Assembly: GCA_038087875.1 (NCBI GenBank)
Contig: JAXLNO010003530.1
Coordinates: forward strand, 62,001-126,000
Length of the DNA: 64,000 nt
Direction: 5' to 3'
DNA from: Malacoraja senta
Taxonomy: Eukaryota
A program made the translations under genes and the position numbers. The notes below the pieces were generated by a model. It was not told the origin of the DNA. It did not search any database and saw nothing but the letters and a program-made list of their open reading frames with translations. How positions within the stretch are numbered: position 1 is the stretch's first letter; the number at the start of each line of letters is the position of its first letter. Positions 51,198 through 63,551 of this stretch are shown piece after piece.

Positions 51198-51805
51198 ATG
51201 GTTCAATGGTTCAGTGGTACATGTACCGAGATAGAGTGAGATTAATTTTTGCACACAGTTCAGCACAAATATCACTCTACATAAGCACTTAGATACACCT
51301 TAGATAAGCATCTCAGGTGCAGTACACTGAGACAGTATATAGAGTCGCCAGATTAGGTGCCATTTTCAAGTCCCGGTTGTTATAGGTGTAGAGTTCTTAA
51401 ACTGACCGTGAAGGCCCGTTGGCCTGGCAACGTTGCAGGGTCAGTTGGCCAAGCGTGGCCATTGGTGTCATCCACCACTCTTCCACCCCTCTGTGCCGCT
51501 GCAGGCCATGTCCGGTCCATGTGCTAGGCCTCCTGGAGTGGAACCCATTCCAGCTGAGCCCCAGGTTGCTGCAGGGCCTCCAGAGGCCTGCTCCAGCATT
51601 GAGGCACTGCACTCCCTCCCACCGCTGACTCCGACCCTCCTCTCCAGTCCACGGGGCGAGCAGGGTCGGGCTCGGTGACTTCCCACTCCGAGAGGATTCC
51701 CGGTTCCGCAGCGGACGAGCCAGGCCTGATGTTGGGTACGGCCGTGGCACATAAAAGCGACCTTCTGCCACACGGCACACCGGGTGTTATGTGGAACTGG
51801 CAGCC
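51198..51805 (-). mobile_element. GC-rich retroposon with Rex1-like tail (related to ~14415-14690), inserted in a CR1 fragment
   Basis: (TGAACCAT)n-like tail with cactctatctcggtacatgt, and an agtcgcc…ggygcca block shared with 14525-14546. Confidence 0.45.
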
Positions 51806-52002
51806 ATGAGGTTGCCTGGGACAGATCAGCCATGGTAGGAGAGCTTGAAAGGCCGAATAGCGTACTCCTGCTCCTATTTCCTTACGTATTTGGTTAACCT
51901 AGGAGATGCCATCGCTAGTCATGGTGCAGTGCTGGACTGTTCCAGCTGGAGTAGGTATGTTACTCTTTACCCCTCACTGTTTCCTCAAAACCCCCTACGT
52001 CA

Positions 52003-52305
52003 GACAACGGTGGCGCAATGGTAGAGTTGCTGACTTACAGCGCCAGAGACCCGGGTTCGATCCTGACTACGTGTGTTGTCTGTACAAAGTTTGCACGTTC
52101 TCCCTGTGATCATGAGGGCTATCACTAGGTGCTCTGGTTACCTCCCACCTTCCTGCACGCGCAGGCTTGTAGGTTAATTGGCTTCTGTAAATTGTCTCTG
52201 GAGTATAGGATAGATCTAGTGTACCAGGTGATTGTTTGTTGGCATGGACTTGATGGGCCAAAGGGCCTGTTTCCACGCTGTATCTCTAAAGTAAACTAAA
52301 CTAAA
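52003..52305 (+). mobile_element. V-SINE (HE1-like)
   Basis: A/B boxes, V-domain, (CTAAA)n tail. Confidence 0.83.
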
Positions 52306-53458
52306 GCTTGTAACTCCCCCAAAGACCCTGATGGAGCCCCACACTCCATGCCCCTCCCCCACCCCAACTGTATTTGCTTATTCCAACTCCCCAACCTAAT
52401 CAGTGAAGCCCATACTCTTACCCGCTCCAACCCCTGGCTGCTTACCTGGTCCCAGTTGACTCAAGCCCACCAACCTCCATCTCCGCACCAGCTCTGACCT
52501 CCTGTGTTCTGTGGTGGGACCTTGATTGAAGGAACAGTGGGTGTTACCACTATCCAGCGGACCACCTCCCCTCCCCCATCGAGTAAAAGGTATAGATGTG
52601 TGAAAACAGGGACAGTTTCTTCCCAGCTGTTATCGGGCAACTAAACCATCCTACCAACAACTAGAGAGCAATCTTGAGATACCTCATTGGAGACTCTCGG
52701 ACTATCTTTGATCAGACTTTACTGGCTTTATCTTGCACTAAACATTATTTACGTTATTGCTTTTATCATGTATCTATACACTGTGGACGGCCTGATTGTA
52801 ATCATGTATTGTCTTTCTGCGGGCTGGTTAGGACGGAACAAAAGTTTTTCACTGACGTGACAATACACTAAACTCAAACTCACTGAGGTGCAGTAGAATT
52901 CCAATGCCAGTGAGCTAGACTGATACAGAGACGCTATAGATGAACCTGGCTCTTATCCCACCCCATCCCGGCCCCTACTCAACATGAGCTGGAAGGTCGG
53001 CCGACATTTAACAGCCCACCGCCAGCCAAGAGGACCCGATGTTGCCTGTAAATCCCAGATAAGATCAGCACGGGACCGCAGCGTTTCGGAGCGCCGTCGC
53101 TAAGATGGAAACTTTTGGCTGAAAAGAAACTTTCTCAGCAGTATTTTAGTCAATGTGCTTGAAGGCAACTGACGTGAGATTAGCTGCTATTGTTGGAGCT
53201 TTACCTCTCACTGCTGAACTAATCTCAAGTCTTAACTTAATGCTTCGTTATTGTGCACATTCCGCCCTCTAATCCCGCAATCATGTGGAGCATATGCTTC
53301 CCAAATCTGCTCCTGGTTGCTGCTTTGGACCAGGATACCTGCAGGATAAGACATTGTGACTGACTGTTGCCATTCTGATGAGTTGGGATAGCAACAGAGT
53401 ACTGGCTGGGGGTGGGGGGTGGGGGGGGGGGGCTTGGTGTGACGTGGAGAAATACCAG

Positions 53459-53740
53459 GTCGGCACAGTGGCACAGCAGTAGTGTTGCTGCTTTACAGCA
53501 CCAGAGACCTAGGTTCAGTCCTGACTATGGGTGCAGTCTGTACGTTCTCCCTGTTTACCACATGAATTTTCTCAGGGTGCTCTGGTTTCCTACTACACTC
53601 CAAAAACATGCAGGTTTGTTGGCAAATTGGCATCTGTACATTGTCGCTAGGGTGCAGGCTAGAACTAGTACGTATCATCGCTGGTCTGCATGGATTCGGA
53701 GGGCTGAAGGGCCTGATTTCACACTGTATCTCTAAAACTA
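53459..53740 (+). mobile_element. V-SINE (HE1-like)
   Basis: A/B boxes, V-domain, tail. Confidence 0.8.
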
Positions 53741-54082
53741 TCTCTGTAACTAAACTCCAGACCGTTAGCCAGAGGGGCTGGTCTTGTGGTGTTCTATGTA
53801 ATACCACGTTTCTGCCTGTGGCAACTCATTCCAAATGAATGAGATCGGAGGCAGGTATTACAATATCAGAGTCTGAGTCATAAAGTGTGGAACAGGCCCT
53901 TCGGCCCAACTTGTCCACATTGACCAGCATGTCCCATCTACACGAGTCACACTTACCTGCATTTGGTCCATATCCCTCTAAACCTATCCTATGCATGTAC
54001 TTGTCCAAACATTTCTTAAATGTTGCGATAGTACATGCCTCAATTATCTCTTCCGGCACCTTGTTCCATACACCCACCACCT

Positions 54083-56788
54083 GGGTAGCCCTGTTGGTGA
54101 GGAATGAAATTCAGTCTCTTGCAAGGGGTGACATTGAAACAGGAGAAGTGGAGTCAGTATGGATAGAACTAAGGAATTGTAAGGGTAAAAGACCCTAATG
54201 GGACTTATCTACAGGCCTCCAAACCGTAGCCTGGATATAGGGTGCAAGTCAAATCAGGAGTTAAAATTGGCATGCAGTAAAGGTAATGCTACGGATGTTG
54301 TGGGAGATTTCAACATACAGGTAGACTGGGAAAATCAGGTTGGTAATGGACACCAAGAAAGGGAGTTTGTGGAGTGCCTCTGTGATGGATTCTTAGAGCA
54401 GCTGGTATTGGAGCCTACCAGGGAGAAGGCAATTCTGGATTTAGTGTTATGTAATTAATCGGATTTGATAAAGGAACTTGAGGTTAAGGAGCCATTAGGA
54501 GGTAGTGACCATAATATGGTCGGATTTAATCTACAATTGGAAAGGGAGAAGGGTAAATCGGAGGTGTCAGTGCTACAGTTAAATTAAGGGGACTATGGAG
54601 CCATGAGGAGGAGCTAGCCAAAGATACCCTAGCAGGGATGACAGTGGAACAACAATGGCAGGTATTTCTGGGAATAATACAGAAAGTGCAGGATCAGTTC
54701 ATTCCAAAGAGGAAGAAAGATTCCAAGTGGAGTAGGGGGTGACCGTGGCTGACAAGGGACATCAAGGACAGTATAAAAATAAAAGAGAAGAAGTACAATG
54801 TGGCAAAGATGAGCGGGAAGCAAGAGGATTGGGTAATGTTTAAAGAGCAACAAAGATAACTAAAAAGGCAATACGGGGAGAAAAGATGAGGTACGAAGGT
54901 AAGCTAGCCAAGAATATAAAGGAGGATAGTAAAAGCTTATTCTGGTATGTGAAGAAGAAAAAATGAGTTAAGACCAAAGTTGGACCCTTGAAGACCGAAA
55001 AAGGTGAATTTATTATGGGGAACAAGGAAATGGCAGATGAGTTGAACAGGTACTTTGGATCCGTATTCACTAAGGAGGACACAAACAATTTTCATGATGT
55101 ACTAGTGGCCAGAGGATCTGGGGTGACGGAGGAACTGAAGAAAATCCACATTAGGCAGGAAATGGTGTTGGATAGACTGATGGGGCTGAAGGCTGATAAA
55201 TCCCCAGGGCCTGATGGTCTGCATCCCAGGGTATTTAAGGAAGTGGCTCTAGAAATCGTGGACGCATTGGTGATCATTTTCCAATGTTCTATGGATTCAA
55301 GATCAGTTCCTGTGGATTGGCGGGAAGCTAAAGTTATCCCACTTTTTAAGAAAAGGCAGGAGAGAGAAAACAGGAAATTATAGACCAGTTATCCTGACAT
55401 CGGTGGTGGGGAAGATGCTGGAGTCAATCATGAAAGATGAAATAGCGGCACATTTGGATAGCAGTAACAGGATTGGTCCGAGTCAGCATGGATTTACGAA
55501 GGGGAAATCATGCTTGACTAATTTTCTGGAATTTTTTGAGGATGTAACTAGGAAAATGGACAAGGGAGAGCCAGTGGATGTAGTGTACCTGGACTTTCAG
55601 AGAGCATTTGATAAGGTCCCACATAGGAGATTAGTGGGCAAAATTAGGGCACATGGTATTGGGGGTAGAGGGCTGACATGGATAGAAAATTGGTTGGCAG
55701 ACAGGTAACAAAGAGTAGGGATTAACGGGTCCCTTTCAGAATGGCAGGCAGTGACTAGTGGGGCAAGACTCGGTGCTGGGACTGCAGCTATTTACATATA
55801 CAATATACATCAATGATTTAGATGAAGGGATTCAAAGTAACATTGTCAAATTTGCAGATGACACAAAGCTGGGTGGCAGTGTGAACTGTGAGGAGGATGC
55901 TATGAGAATGCAGGATGACTTGGACAGGTTAGGGGAGTAGGCGGATGCATGGCAGATGTAGTTTAATGTGGTTAAATGTGAGGTTATCCACTTTGGTAGC
56001 AAAATCAGGAAGGCAGATTATTCTCTAAATGCTGTCAAGTTGGGAAAAGGGGAAGTACAACGGAATCAGGTGGTCCTTGTTCATCAGTCAATGAAAATAG
56101 GCATGCAGGTACAGCAGGCAATGAAGAAAGCGAATGGCATGTTGACCTTCATAACAAAAGGAGTTGAGTATAGGAGCAAAGAGGTCCTTCTGCAGTTGTA
56201 CAGAGTCCTACTGAGACCACACCTGGAGTATTGTGTGCAGTTTTGGTCCCCTAATTTGAGGAAGGACATAATTGCTATTGAGGGAATGCAATGTAGGTTT
56301 ACAAGGTTAATTCCCGGGATGGCGGGACTGTCATATGCTGAGAGAATGGAATGGCTGGGCTTGTATACTCTGGAGTTTAGAAGGATGAGAGGCAATCTTA
56401 TTGAAACATAAGATTATTAAGGGTTTGGACACGCTAGAGGCAGGAAACATGTTCCCGATGTTGGGGGCGCCCAGAACCAGGGGCCACTGTTTAAGAATAA
56501 GGGGTAAGCCATTTAGAACTGAGATGAGGAAACACTTTTTCACACAGAGAGTTGTGTGTCTGTGGAATTCTCTGCCGTGGAGGGCGGTGGAGGCCGGTTC
56601 TCTGGATACTTTCACGAGAGAGCTAGATAGGGCTCTTAAAGATAGCGGAGTTAGGGGATATGGGGAGAAGGCAGGAATGGGGTACTGATTGGGGATGAGC
56701 AACCATGATCACATTGAATGGCGGTGCTGGCTCCAAGGGCCGAATGGCCTACTCCTGCATCTATTGTTTATTGTCTATTGTCTATTGT
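54083..56788 (+). mobile_element. CR1-clade LINE, 5'-truncated within the APE endonuclease, multiple stops
   Basis: IYRPP, GDFN, ILDLVL, GSDHN (APE) and KSPGPDGLHP, QHGF, YLDFQ, FADD (RT). (CTATTGT)n tail. TSD cacct at 54078-54082 and 56789-56793, inside an older antisense CR1 3' fragment (53870-54082 plus 56789-56865). Confidence 0.92.
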
Positions 56789-57159
56789 CACCTTTTGTGT
56801 GAAAAAGCTATCCCTTATTAAATCATTCTCCCCTCACCTTAAACCCATATCCTCTGGTTCTCAATTCGGACAGAGTATTGGATGAATGAGTCTCCCAGTG
56901 TCCTTGATGCTTCTATTCATTTTATTTTGCAGTTGGGTGAATTTTATCATCCTGGTTGCCAGACTTTAGATTGATGGTTGTCTCCTTCAGGAAGTAAACA
57001 AGACCTGGGAGATAATTCAGTATCAGTGTTCAATATTGGCCCATGAACTCCCACTGAAAGGGAGGGGACTATAACAGCTCATGATAACTTGTCCTGTTTC
57101 GAATGATCAGTCCACTGTAGGCAGTACATTGACACTGTTTTACACTTTACTGTAGACTT

Positions 57160-58231
57160 TGGAGATTTAGATTTTAGAGAGATCCAGCATGGAAACAGGC
57201 TCTTTGGCCCACCGAGTCCGCATCAACCAGCGAACACCCTGTACACTAACACTATCCTACACATTGGGGACAATTTACTCAAAATGCTGGAGTAACTCAG
57301 CGGGACAGACGGCATCTCTGGAGAGAAGGATTGGGTGATGTTTTGGGTCGAGACCCTTCTTCAGACTGATATCAGGGGAGTGAGCGGGACAGAGATAGAA
57401 TGTAGTCGGAGACTGTCCCTTTACCTCCCCCCTCGACTCCATCCAATGAACCTGACAGTCTTTCCAGGTGAAGCAGAGGTTCACTTGCACCTCCTCTAAC
57501 CTCATCTACTGTATCCGCTGTTCCAGGTGTCAATTCCTGTACATCAGTGAGGCCAAGCGCAGGCTCAGCGATCGTTTCGCTGAACACCTCCGCTCAGTCC
57601 GCCTTAACCTACCTGATCTCCCGGTTGCTCAGCAATTTAACTCCCCCTCCCATTCCCAATCTGACCTTTTTGTCCTGGGCCTCCTCCATTGTCAGAGGCT
57701 CAGCGCAAATTGGAGGAACAGCACCTCATGTTTCGCTTGGCTGTTCACCCCAGCGGTATGAACATTGACCTCTAACTTCAAATAGCCCTTGTTTATCCTC
57801 TCTCTCCATCCCCTCCCCCTTCCCAGTTCTCCCACCAGTCTTACTGTCTCCGACTACATTCTATCTCTGTCCAGCTCACTCCCCTGACATCAGACTGAAG
57901 AAGGGGCTCGACCCAAAACATCACCCATTCCCTCTCTGCAGAGATGCTGCCTGACCTGCTGAGTTACTCCAGCATTTTGTGTCTACCTTAGATTTAAACC
58001 AGCATCTGCAGTTCTTTCCCACACAGGGACAATTTACAATTTTACCGAACGCAATTAACCTACAAACCTGTACATTGTTGGAGTGTGGAAGGAAACCGGA
58101 GCACCCGGTGAAACCCTACGTGGTCACAGGAAGAACATAGAACTGTGTACAGATAGCACCCATAGTCAGCATCGAACTGGGGTGTCTGGCGCTGTAAAGC
58201 AACAACTCCACCGCTGTGCCACTGTGCCACC
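57160..58231 (-). mobile_element. V-SINE split by the Penelope insertion at 57279-58025
   Basis: The two halves rejoin across the TSD. Confidence 0.83.
57279..58025 (+). mobile_element. Penelope-like element: inverted terminal repeat, GIY-YIG endonuclease fragment and 3' terminal repeat, inserted in a SINE
   Basis: FTCTSSNLIYCIRCSRCQFLYISEAKRRLSDRFAEHLRSV…PVAQQFNSPSHS (PLE GIY-YIG). 57279-57415 is an inverted copy of ~57845-57980. 12-bp TSD gggacaatttac at 57267-57278 and 58026-58037. Confidence 0.88.
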
Positions 58232-59075
58232 CATTCTCCCACTGAGATGGTAGAGCTGCTGCCTCACACACCAGGGTTTCTCATCCAGAGTTCAATCTCT
58301 ATGACTGTGCTGGATGTGTAGAGTTTGGATGTTCTCCTTGTGACAGTGTGGGTTTCCCCAGGGTGCTCCAGTTTGCACCCGTCCCAAAGAAATTGTCCAC
58401 TGTAAATTGCTCCTCCTGCATATAAACTGGGGGGGGGGGGATTGAAGGAAATGAGGGGAAATCTAAATGGCGTTAGTGTAGGGTTAGTGTAAATGGGTGC
58501 TTGATAGTCAGTGCAAAGTCAATAGGGAACAGTCGAGTATGACTCTACTCACTGCTGCTCTCTATTACTAATCCCACGAGAGACCCGCAGGACACTGTGG
58601 ATGTTTAATGCTGTTCTCTGTTCCAGTATCTGATTGTGCATATTTTGTTTTAAATTGTTGTCGAGATGTAGCTATGCAGGCATGGATATACCTTGATGCC
58701 CCACCCATTCCCCCACTGAGGATTTCTATAGATATGCATTGGAACTCCTCCTTACTAAACCAAATTGCGAAATTGCAGGTAAATGTAGATGGGTAGCGAG
58801 TCTCCAGGTTTTGCACCAAGTGATGGTGAATCGGCTGCCTTTGGCGCAACCCTGCCTGATTTTTCTCTGCATCAAATGTTGACCAGAGTGGTATTGGATC
58901 AGAATGCCAGATCTCCATGTAAATGCAGGGTCTTTGTGAGATGGTGTCTGTGGCATTGCGAGCAGTGCAGCCTGCTGACTGGAACAAGGATATACTTGCT
59001 GTACAGAGCATGCAGCGAGTGCTGACCAGAACGGTTTCAGCATCGATAGGATTGTCGGTAGAGATTGACGGAACT

Positions 59076-59396
59076 TAGTTTAGTTTAGTTTTGAGATACA
59101 GCGCGGAAACAAGCCCTTCGGCCATTGGGTCCGCGCCGACCAGCGATCCCTGCATATTAACACTATCCTACACACACCAGCGATCATTTTTACATTTACC
59201 AAGCCAATTAACTTAAATATCTGTATGTTTTTGGAGTGTGGGAGGAAACTGAAGATCTCGGAGAAAATCTATGTGGTCACGGGGAGAACGTACAAACTCT
59301 GTACAGACAGCACCCATAGTCGGGATCAATCCTGGGTCGCCAGCGCTGCAAGTGCTGTAAGGCAGCAACTCTACTGCTGCGCCACCGTGCTGCCCT
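59076..59396 (-). mobile_element. V-SINE (HE1-like), full length
   Basis: A/B boxes, V-domain, (CTAAA)n tail. Confidence 0.87.
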
Positions 59397-59559
59397 ATTC
59401 TCTGTTGTCTCTGTGGTCTCTATAGACAACTCTGTTGTCTGATGCTCAGAATGGTGAGAGGGAACTGTGTGAAAGTTGCAAAGTTCTTGACAGGGTGGAT
59501 TAAGTTAGAACAAGGGATCACAGTTTTGAATAAGGTTGGCCATAACTCCCTGTAAGGGG

Positions 59560-60605
59560 CAACACATTGATATTGATAAAGAAGGCGTATGGTATGCTTA
59601 CCAGTCGGACCAGACTTATCCAGTCTAAAGAAGGGTCTCGACCCGGAACGTCACTCATTCCTTCACCCATGCTAACTGTCCAGTTGTTACTCCAGCTTTT
59701 TGTGTCTATCTTCTTGTACGGTATGCTTGCCTTGATAAGTCGAGGCATTGAGTATAAGAGTCAGGAAGTCATCAAACAGCTTTATCGGACATTGGTTAGG
59801 CAGCATTTAGAGAATTGCAGGCTGTTCTGGTTGCCCCGTTACTGGAATGATGTCTGGATTAAGGAGCATTCACTAAAGGGATGGGTTGGATAGACTTGTT
59901 TTGTTTTCTCTGGAGTTTGAAGGGAGACCTAGCAGAAGCATATAAAATGATGAGAGACACAGATAGGGCAGACAGCCAGAACCTTTTTTCCAGGATGGAA
60001 ATATTGAATTCTGGAGAGCATAGCTTTAAGGTGAGAGGAACAAAGGTTAAAGGGGATGTGCTGTGCATGTTTTTTTTTTACAGAGGGTGGTGAGTGCCTG
60101 GAATGTGCTCCTGGGTGCGATGATTGAGGCAGATACAAAAGTGGCATTTAAGAGACTTTTGGATAGGCACATGGATATGCAGAGAATGGATTATGTGCAG
60201 ACAGATAAGAGTTGGTCTTGGCATCATGTTCGGCACAAACATTGTGGGTCGAAGAACCTGTTCCTGTAAAGTACTGTTCTATGTTTTATATTTTAGATCA
60301 TATGCAGGCAGATGTACAGTTTAAACTGGCATTGCGGTCGTCACAGGCGTAATGGGCCGAAGGGCATTTTCCTGTCTTTTCCTGTTCTATGTCCTGTGGG
60401 TGGTGGGGGTATGGAGGAGGTAGTTGAGGCAGGTACTATCGCAAAGTTTAAGAAACATTTAGACAGGCACATGGACAGGATTGGGTTATAGGGATATGGG
60501 GCAAACGGAGGCAGGTGGGACTCATGTAGATGGGACATGTTGGTCAGTGTGGGCAAGTTGGGCCCCTGGGCCTGTTTCCACTCTGTGTGACTCTGTGACT
60601 CTGTC
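59560..60605 (+). mobile_element. Cluster of CR1 3' fragments, with a small Penelope terminus inserted at ~59605-59715
   Basis: KKAYGML…RGIEYKSQEV…LYRTLVRQHLE, GDLAEAYKMMR and FKRLLDRHMD motifs, with CR1 tails. Confidence 0.7.
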
Positions 60606-60716
60606 AGAAGGTAGAAAAGGCTGAGAGAAGGATGGAGTGTGGCTGTGCCGGGAATGTAATCTCTGCCAATGCTATTTGCTCCATTGCTCAACTGGCTCTT
60701 GTCCTTGGCTCCACAG

Positions 60717-60949
60717 GCTGTTTGCGGCTAAGTGCAGCGGCTGCGTGGAGACCATTGCCCCCACCGAGTTCGTCATGCGGGCCCAGAAGAGCGTTTACCA
60801 CCTGCACTGCTTCTGCTGCTGTGTGTGCGAGAGGCAGCTGCGTAAGGGCGACGAGTTTGTGCTGAAGGAGGGCCAGCTGCTCTGCAAGGGCGACTACGAG
60901 AAGGAACGGGAGCTGCTGAGCTTGGTCAGTCCAGCTGCCTCAGACTCAG
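60717..60949 (+). CDS. LMX1A: Internal coding exon of LIM-homeobox transcription factor LMX1A (second LIM domain plus start of linker)
   Basis: Translates to [77 protein letters not shown], a C2-HC-C2-CD LIM domain. The MRAQKSVYH and [16 protein letters not shown] segments match LMX1A rather than LMX1B as I recall them. Branch-like ctcaac, pyrimidine tract and ccacag acceptor (AG 60715-60716); donor G|GTAACC (GT 60950-60951); 233 bp. Confidence 0.93.
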
Positions 60950-61020
60950 GTAACCCACACCCGGACTGTCCGCTCGCCCCTCAGCCACCCAACCTGTGGC
61001 TGGGGGTGGTCTTTACACTT

Positions 61021-61313
61021 TACTTTAGTGATACAGCACGGAATCAGGCCCTTCGGCCCATCGAGTCCACACTCCCCATACACCAGGACTATCCGGAAGA
61101 CTAGGGACAATTTACAACTTTTACCAAAGCCAATTAACCTACAAGCCCTATAGGTCTTTGGAGTGTGGGAGGAAACCTGAGCACCCGGGGAAATTCACGC
61201 GGTCACAGGTAGAACATACAAACTCTGTACAGACACCACCCATAATCAGGATTAAACCCAAGTCTCTAATGCTGTAAGGCAGCAACTCTATCGCTGCACC
61301 ACTGTGCCACTGT
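61021..61313 (-). mobile_element. V-SINE about 70 bp downstream of the LMX1A donor site
   Basis: SINE consensus on the minus strand. Confidence 0.85.
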
Positions 61314-61651
61314 GACCTTAAGTCACCAAATTTTGGTGGGACCAGTGTAGCTGGGACATGTTGGCCAGTGTGGGCAAGTTGGATCGAAAGGCCTGTTTCC
61401 ACACTGTATCACTCTACGACTATGTCTCTCTCCACAGATGCTGCCTGACCTGTTTTCAGGATTCTCTGTTTTCATTCCAAAAGATAAGGATAAAGGTTCA
61501 GCGCATCGAGTCCATACCAGCTCCCAGCAGAGTAATCTCATCAACCCCATTGCCCCTTATACCCCTGTAATTTATTATCTTTTCTGTGCCAGTACAATGC
61601 CTGATTCTAGTGCCAGGACAATTTACAGTGATCCATTTAACCAACCCACAT

Positions 61652-61810
61652 NNNNNNNNNNNNNNNNNNNNNNNNNNNNNNNNNNNNNNNNNNNNNNNNN
61701 NNNNNNNNNNNNNNNNNNNNNNNNNNNNNNNNNNNNNNNNNNNNNNNNNNNNNNNNNNNNNNNNNNNNNNNNNNNNNNNNNNNNNNNNNNNNNNNNNNNN
61801 NNNNNNNNNN
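61652..61810. other. Assembly gap (159 N)
   Basis: N run. Confidence 1.
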
Positions 61811-62197
61811 ACTAACAGAAGGCAGGCACTGATCGTTTTCCGGTACCTTTGAGAAGCACACACAGGAATCTGCTGCTTCCATCACTGGCATGGCCGCACA
61901 ATCTGCCTGCAAATTGCCCTCAACATTTTTATTACTGGGACACTTATCCATCAGCTTGACACTGGGCCGCCTCACCCTTTTAAGAAATACTTGCTCTATT
62001 CATGGTACTGTTGCATAACACGGAGGAGACATAATTATTGGCAGGAATAAACTTGATGATAGGCAGTGTTTGAAAATAAATCTTTAAAAAAAATATTTTG
62101 TGCTGACTTGGTTGTAATTGATTTGGGAGAAATATTGTTTCACAAAGATGTGGAATTCCTGCAGATCCTGCAGAACCTGCCCTATGAGTATGGCAGT

Positions 62198-62509
62198 GTT
62201 TAGTTTAGTTTAGAGATACATCGCAGAAACAGGCCCTTTGGCGCACCGAGTTTCTGCCGACAAGCAATCCCTGTACACTAGCACTCTCCTACACACTAGG
62301 GACAATTAAAACATTTACAGAAGCCAAATTAACTAACAAACCTATATTTCTTAGGATTGTGGGAGGAAACCGGAGCACCCGGAGAAAATCCAGGCGGTTA
62401 TAGGGAGGACATAAAAACTCGGTACAGACAGCACCCGTAGTCAGGATTGAACCCGGGTCTCCGGCGCTGTGAGGCAGCAACTCTACCGCTGCGCCACCGT
62501 GCTGCCCCC
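62198..62509 (-). mobile_element. V-SINE (HE1-like), full length
   Basis: tggcgcagcgg A box, ggttcaatcc B box, V-domain, tail. Confidence 0.88.
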
Positions 62510-62898
62510 ATGTGGTGCAGTGAGACACTGCAGTGGTTGGTTTCATTGGACCTTGTTATCAATCCAATGACATCTTTCACCCTCCATTAAGTAAATCTCA
62601 TCAAAAACCTGCTCATTGTCTCCGAACATACAGCACGTCCTGATAACCCATGGCCTTGGGTTCCCTAACACAACTTAATATAAACCCTCATTCCTGTTTC
62701 AGATCCTCAAACCCTAAGCTAGCCTGCAACTGAAGGAGAACAGAGGTCCTCTCAATCTGGCCTCTGACACGTCCCTGCTGTTGATGAACAGCTGTGGCTT
62801 CAACTTCCTTTGGGATGTCCTGTTATTTCTCAAAGCTGCCCTTTGACAAAGCATTTGGCCACCATCTAGGTTTTTGAACGTGTTTCTGTGTGACAATA

Positions 62899-63551
62899 AG
62901 CGAGTTCGGTATTCCGATTGCGCATGCCCTGGTCATAGGTCACTCGATACAAACATTCTTGGCAACTGTGCTGCTGCGTGTACAGACCTGCGTTTCATCC
63001 GTAGTCAGGATCGAACCCGGGTCTCCGGCGATGCAAGCACTGTTGAATTGCTACTGGACCGTCCCGTCCCCTCCCGAGTGTCCCATCCCTGTCCGGGAGT
63101 GGCCGGAGATGTCTGGGGTGACCCTGGATTGACGGGACACCGGCCCAGGCTCACAGCCAGCGTGGAGAAGAAGTGCTAACTCCACTGCTCCAGGCTGCTG
63201 TCCCGTCAATCCAGGGCTGTCGATTAACCCGGCGGGACAGGCAGAGTTGAGCTGGAGTTAGCGCTTCTTCTTCGCGCTGGCTGTAAGCCTGGGCCGGTGT
63301 CCCGTCAATCCAGGGTCACCCCGGACATCTCCAGCCATCCCCGGACAGGGATGGGACACTCAGGAGGGGATGGGGACGGTCCAGTAGCAATTCAACAGCG
63401 CTTGCAGCGCCAGAGACCCGGGTTCGATCCTGACTACGGATGAAACGCAGGTCTGTGTCCATGCAGCAGCTCAGCTCCCGAGAATGTTTGTATCGAGTGA
63501 CCTTTGACAAATCCCATGATTCCTTGCATTTTTCGGAATACCAAACTCACT
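62899..63551. mobile_element. 653-bp foldback (palindromic) element containing a SINE tRNA-head fragment in each arm
   Basis: Arms ~62899-63184 and ~63253-63551 are reverse complements with few differences, flanked by TA on both sides. Confidence 0.8.

Noticed and set aside
60637-61104. 155-aa ORF as a stand-alone LIM-only gene
   Set aside because: Homology is confined to 60717-60949 between canonical splice sites; the flanks are intron and SINE read-through.
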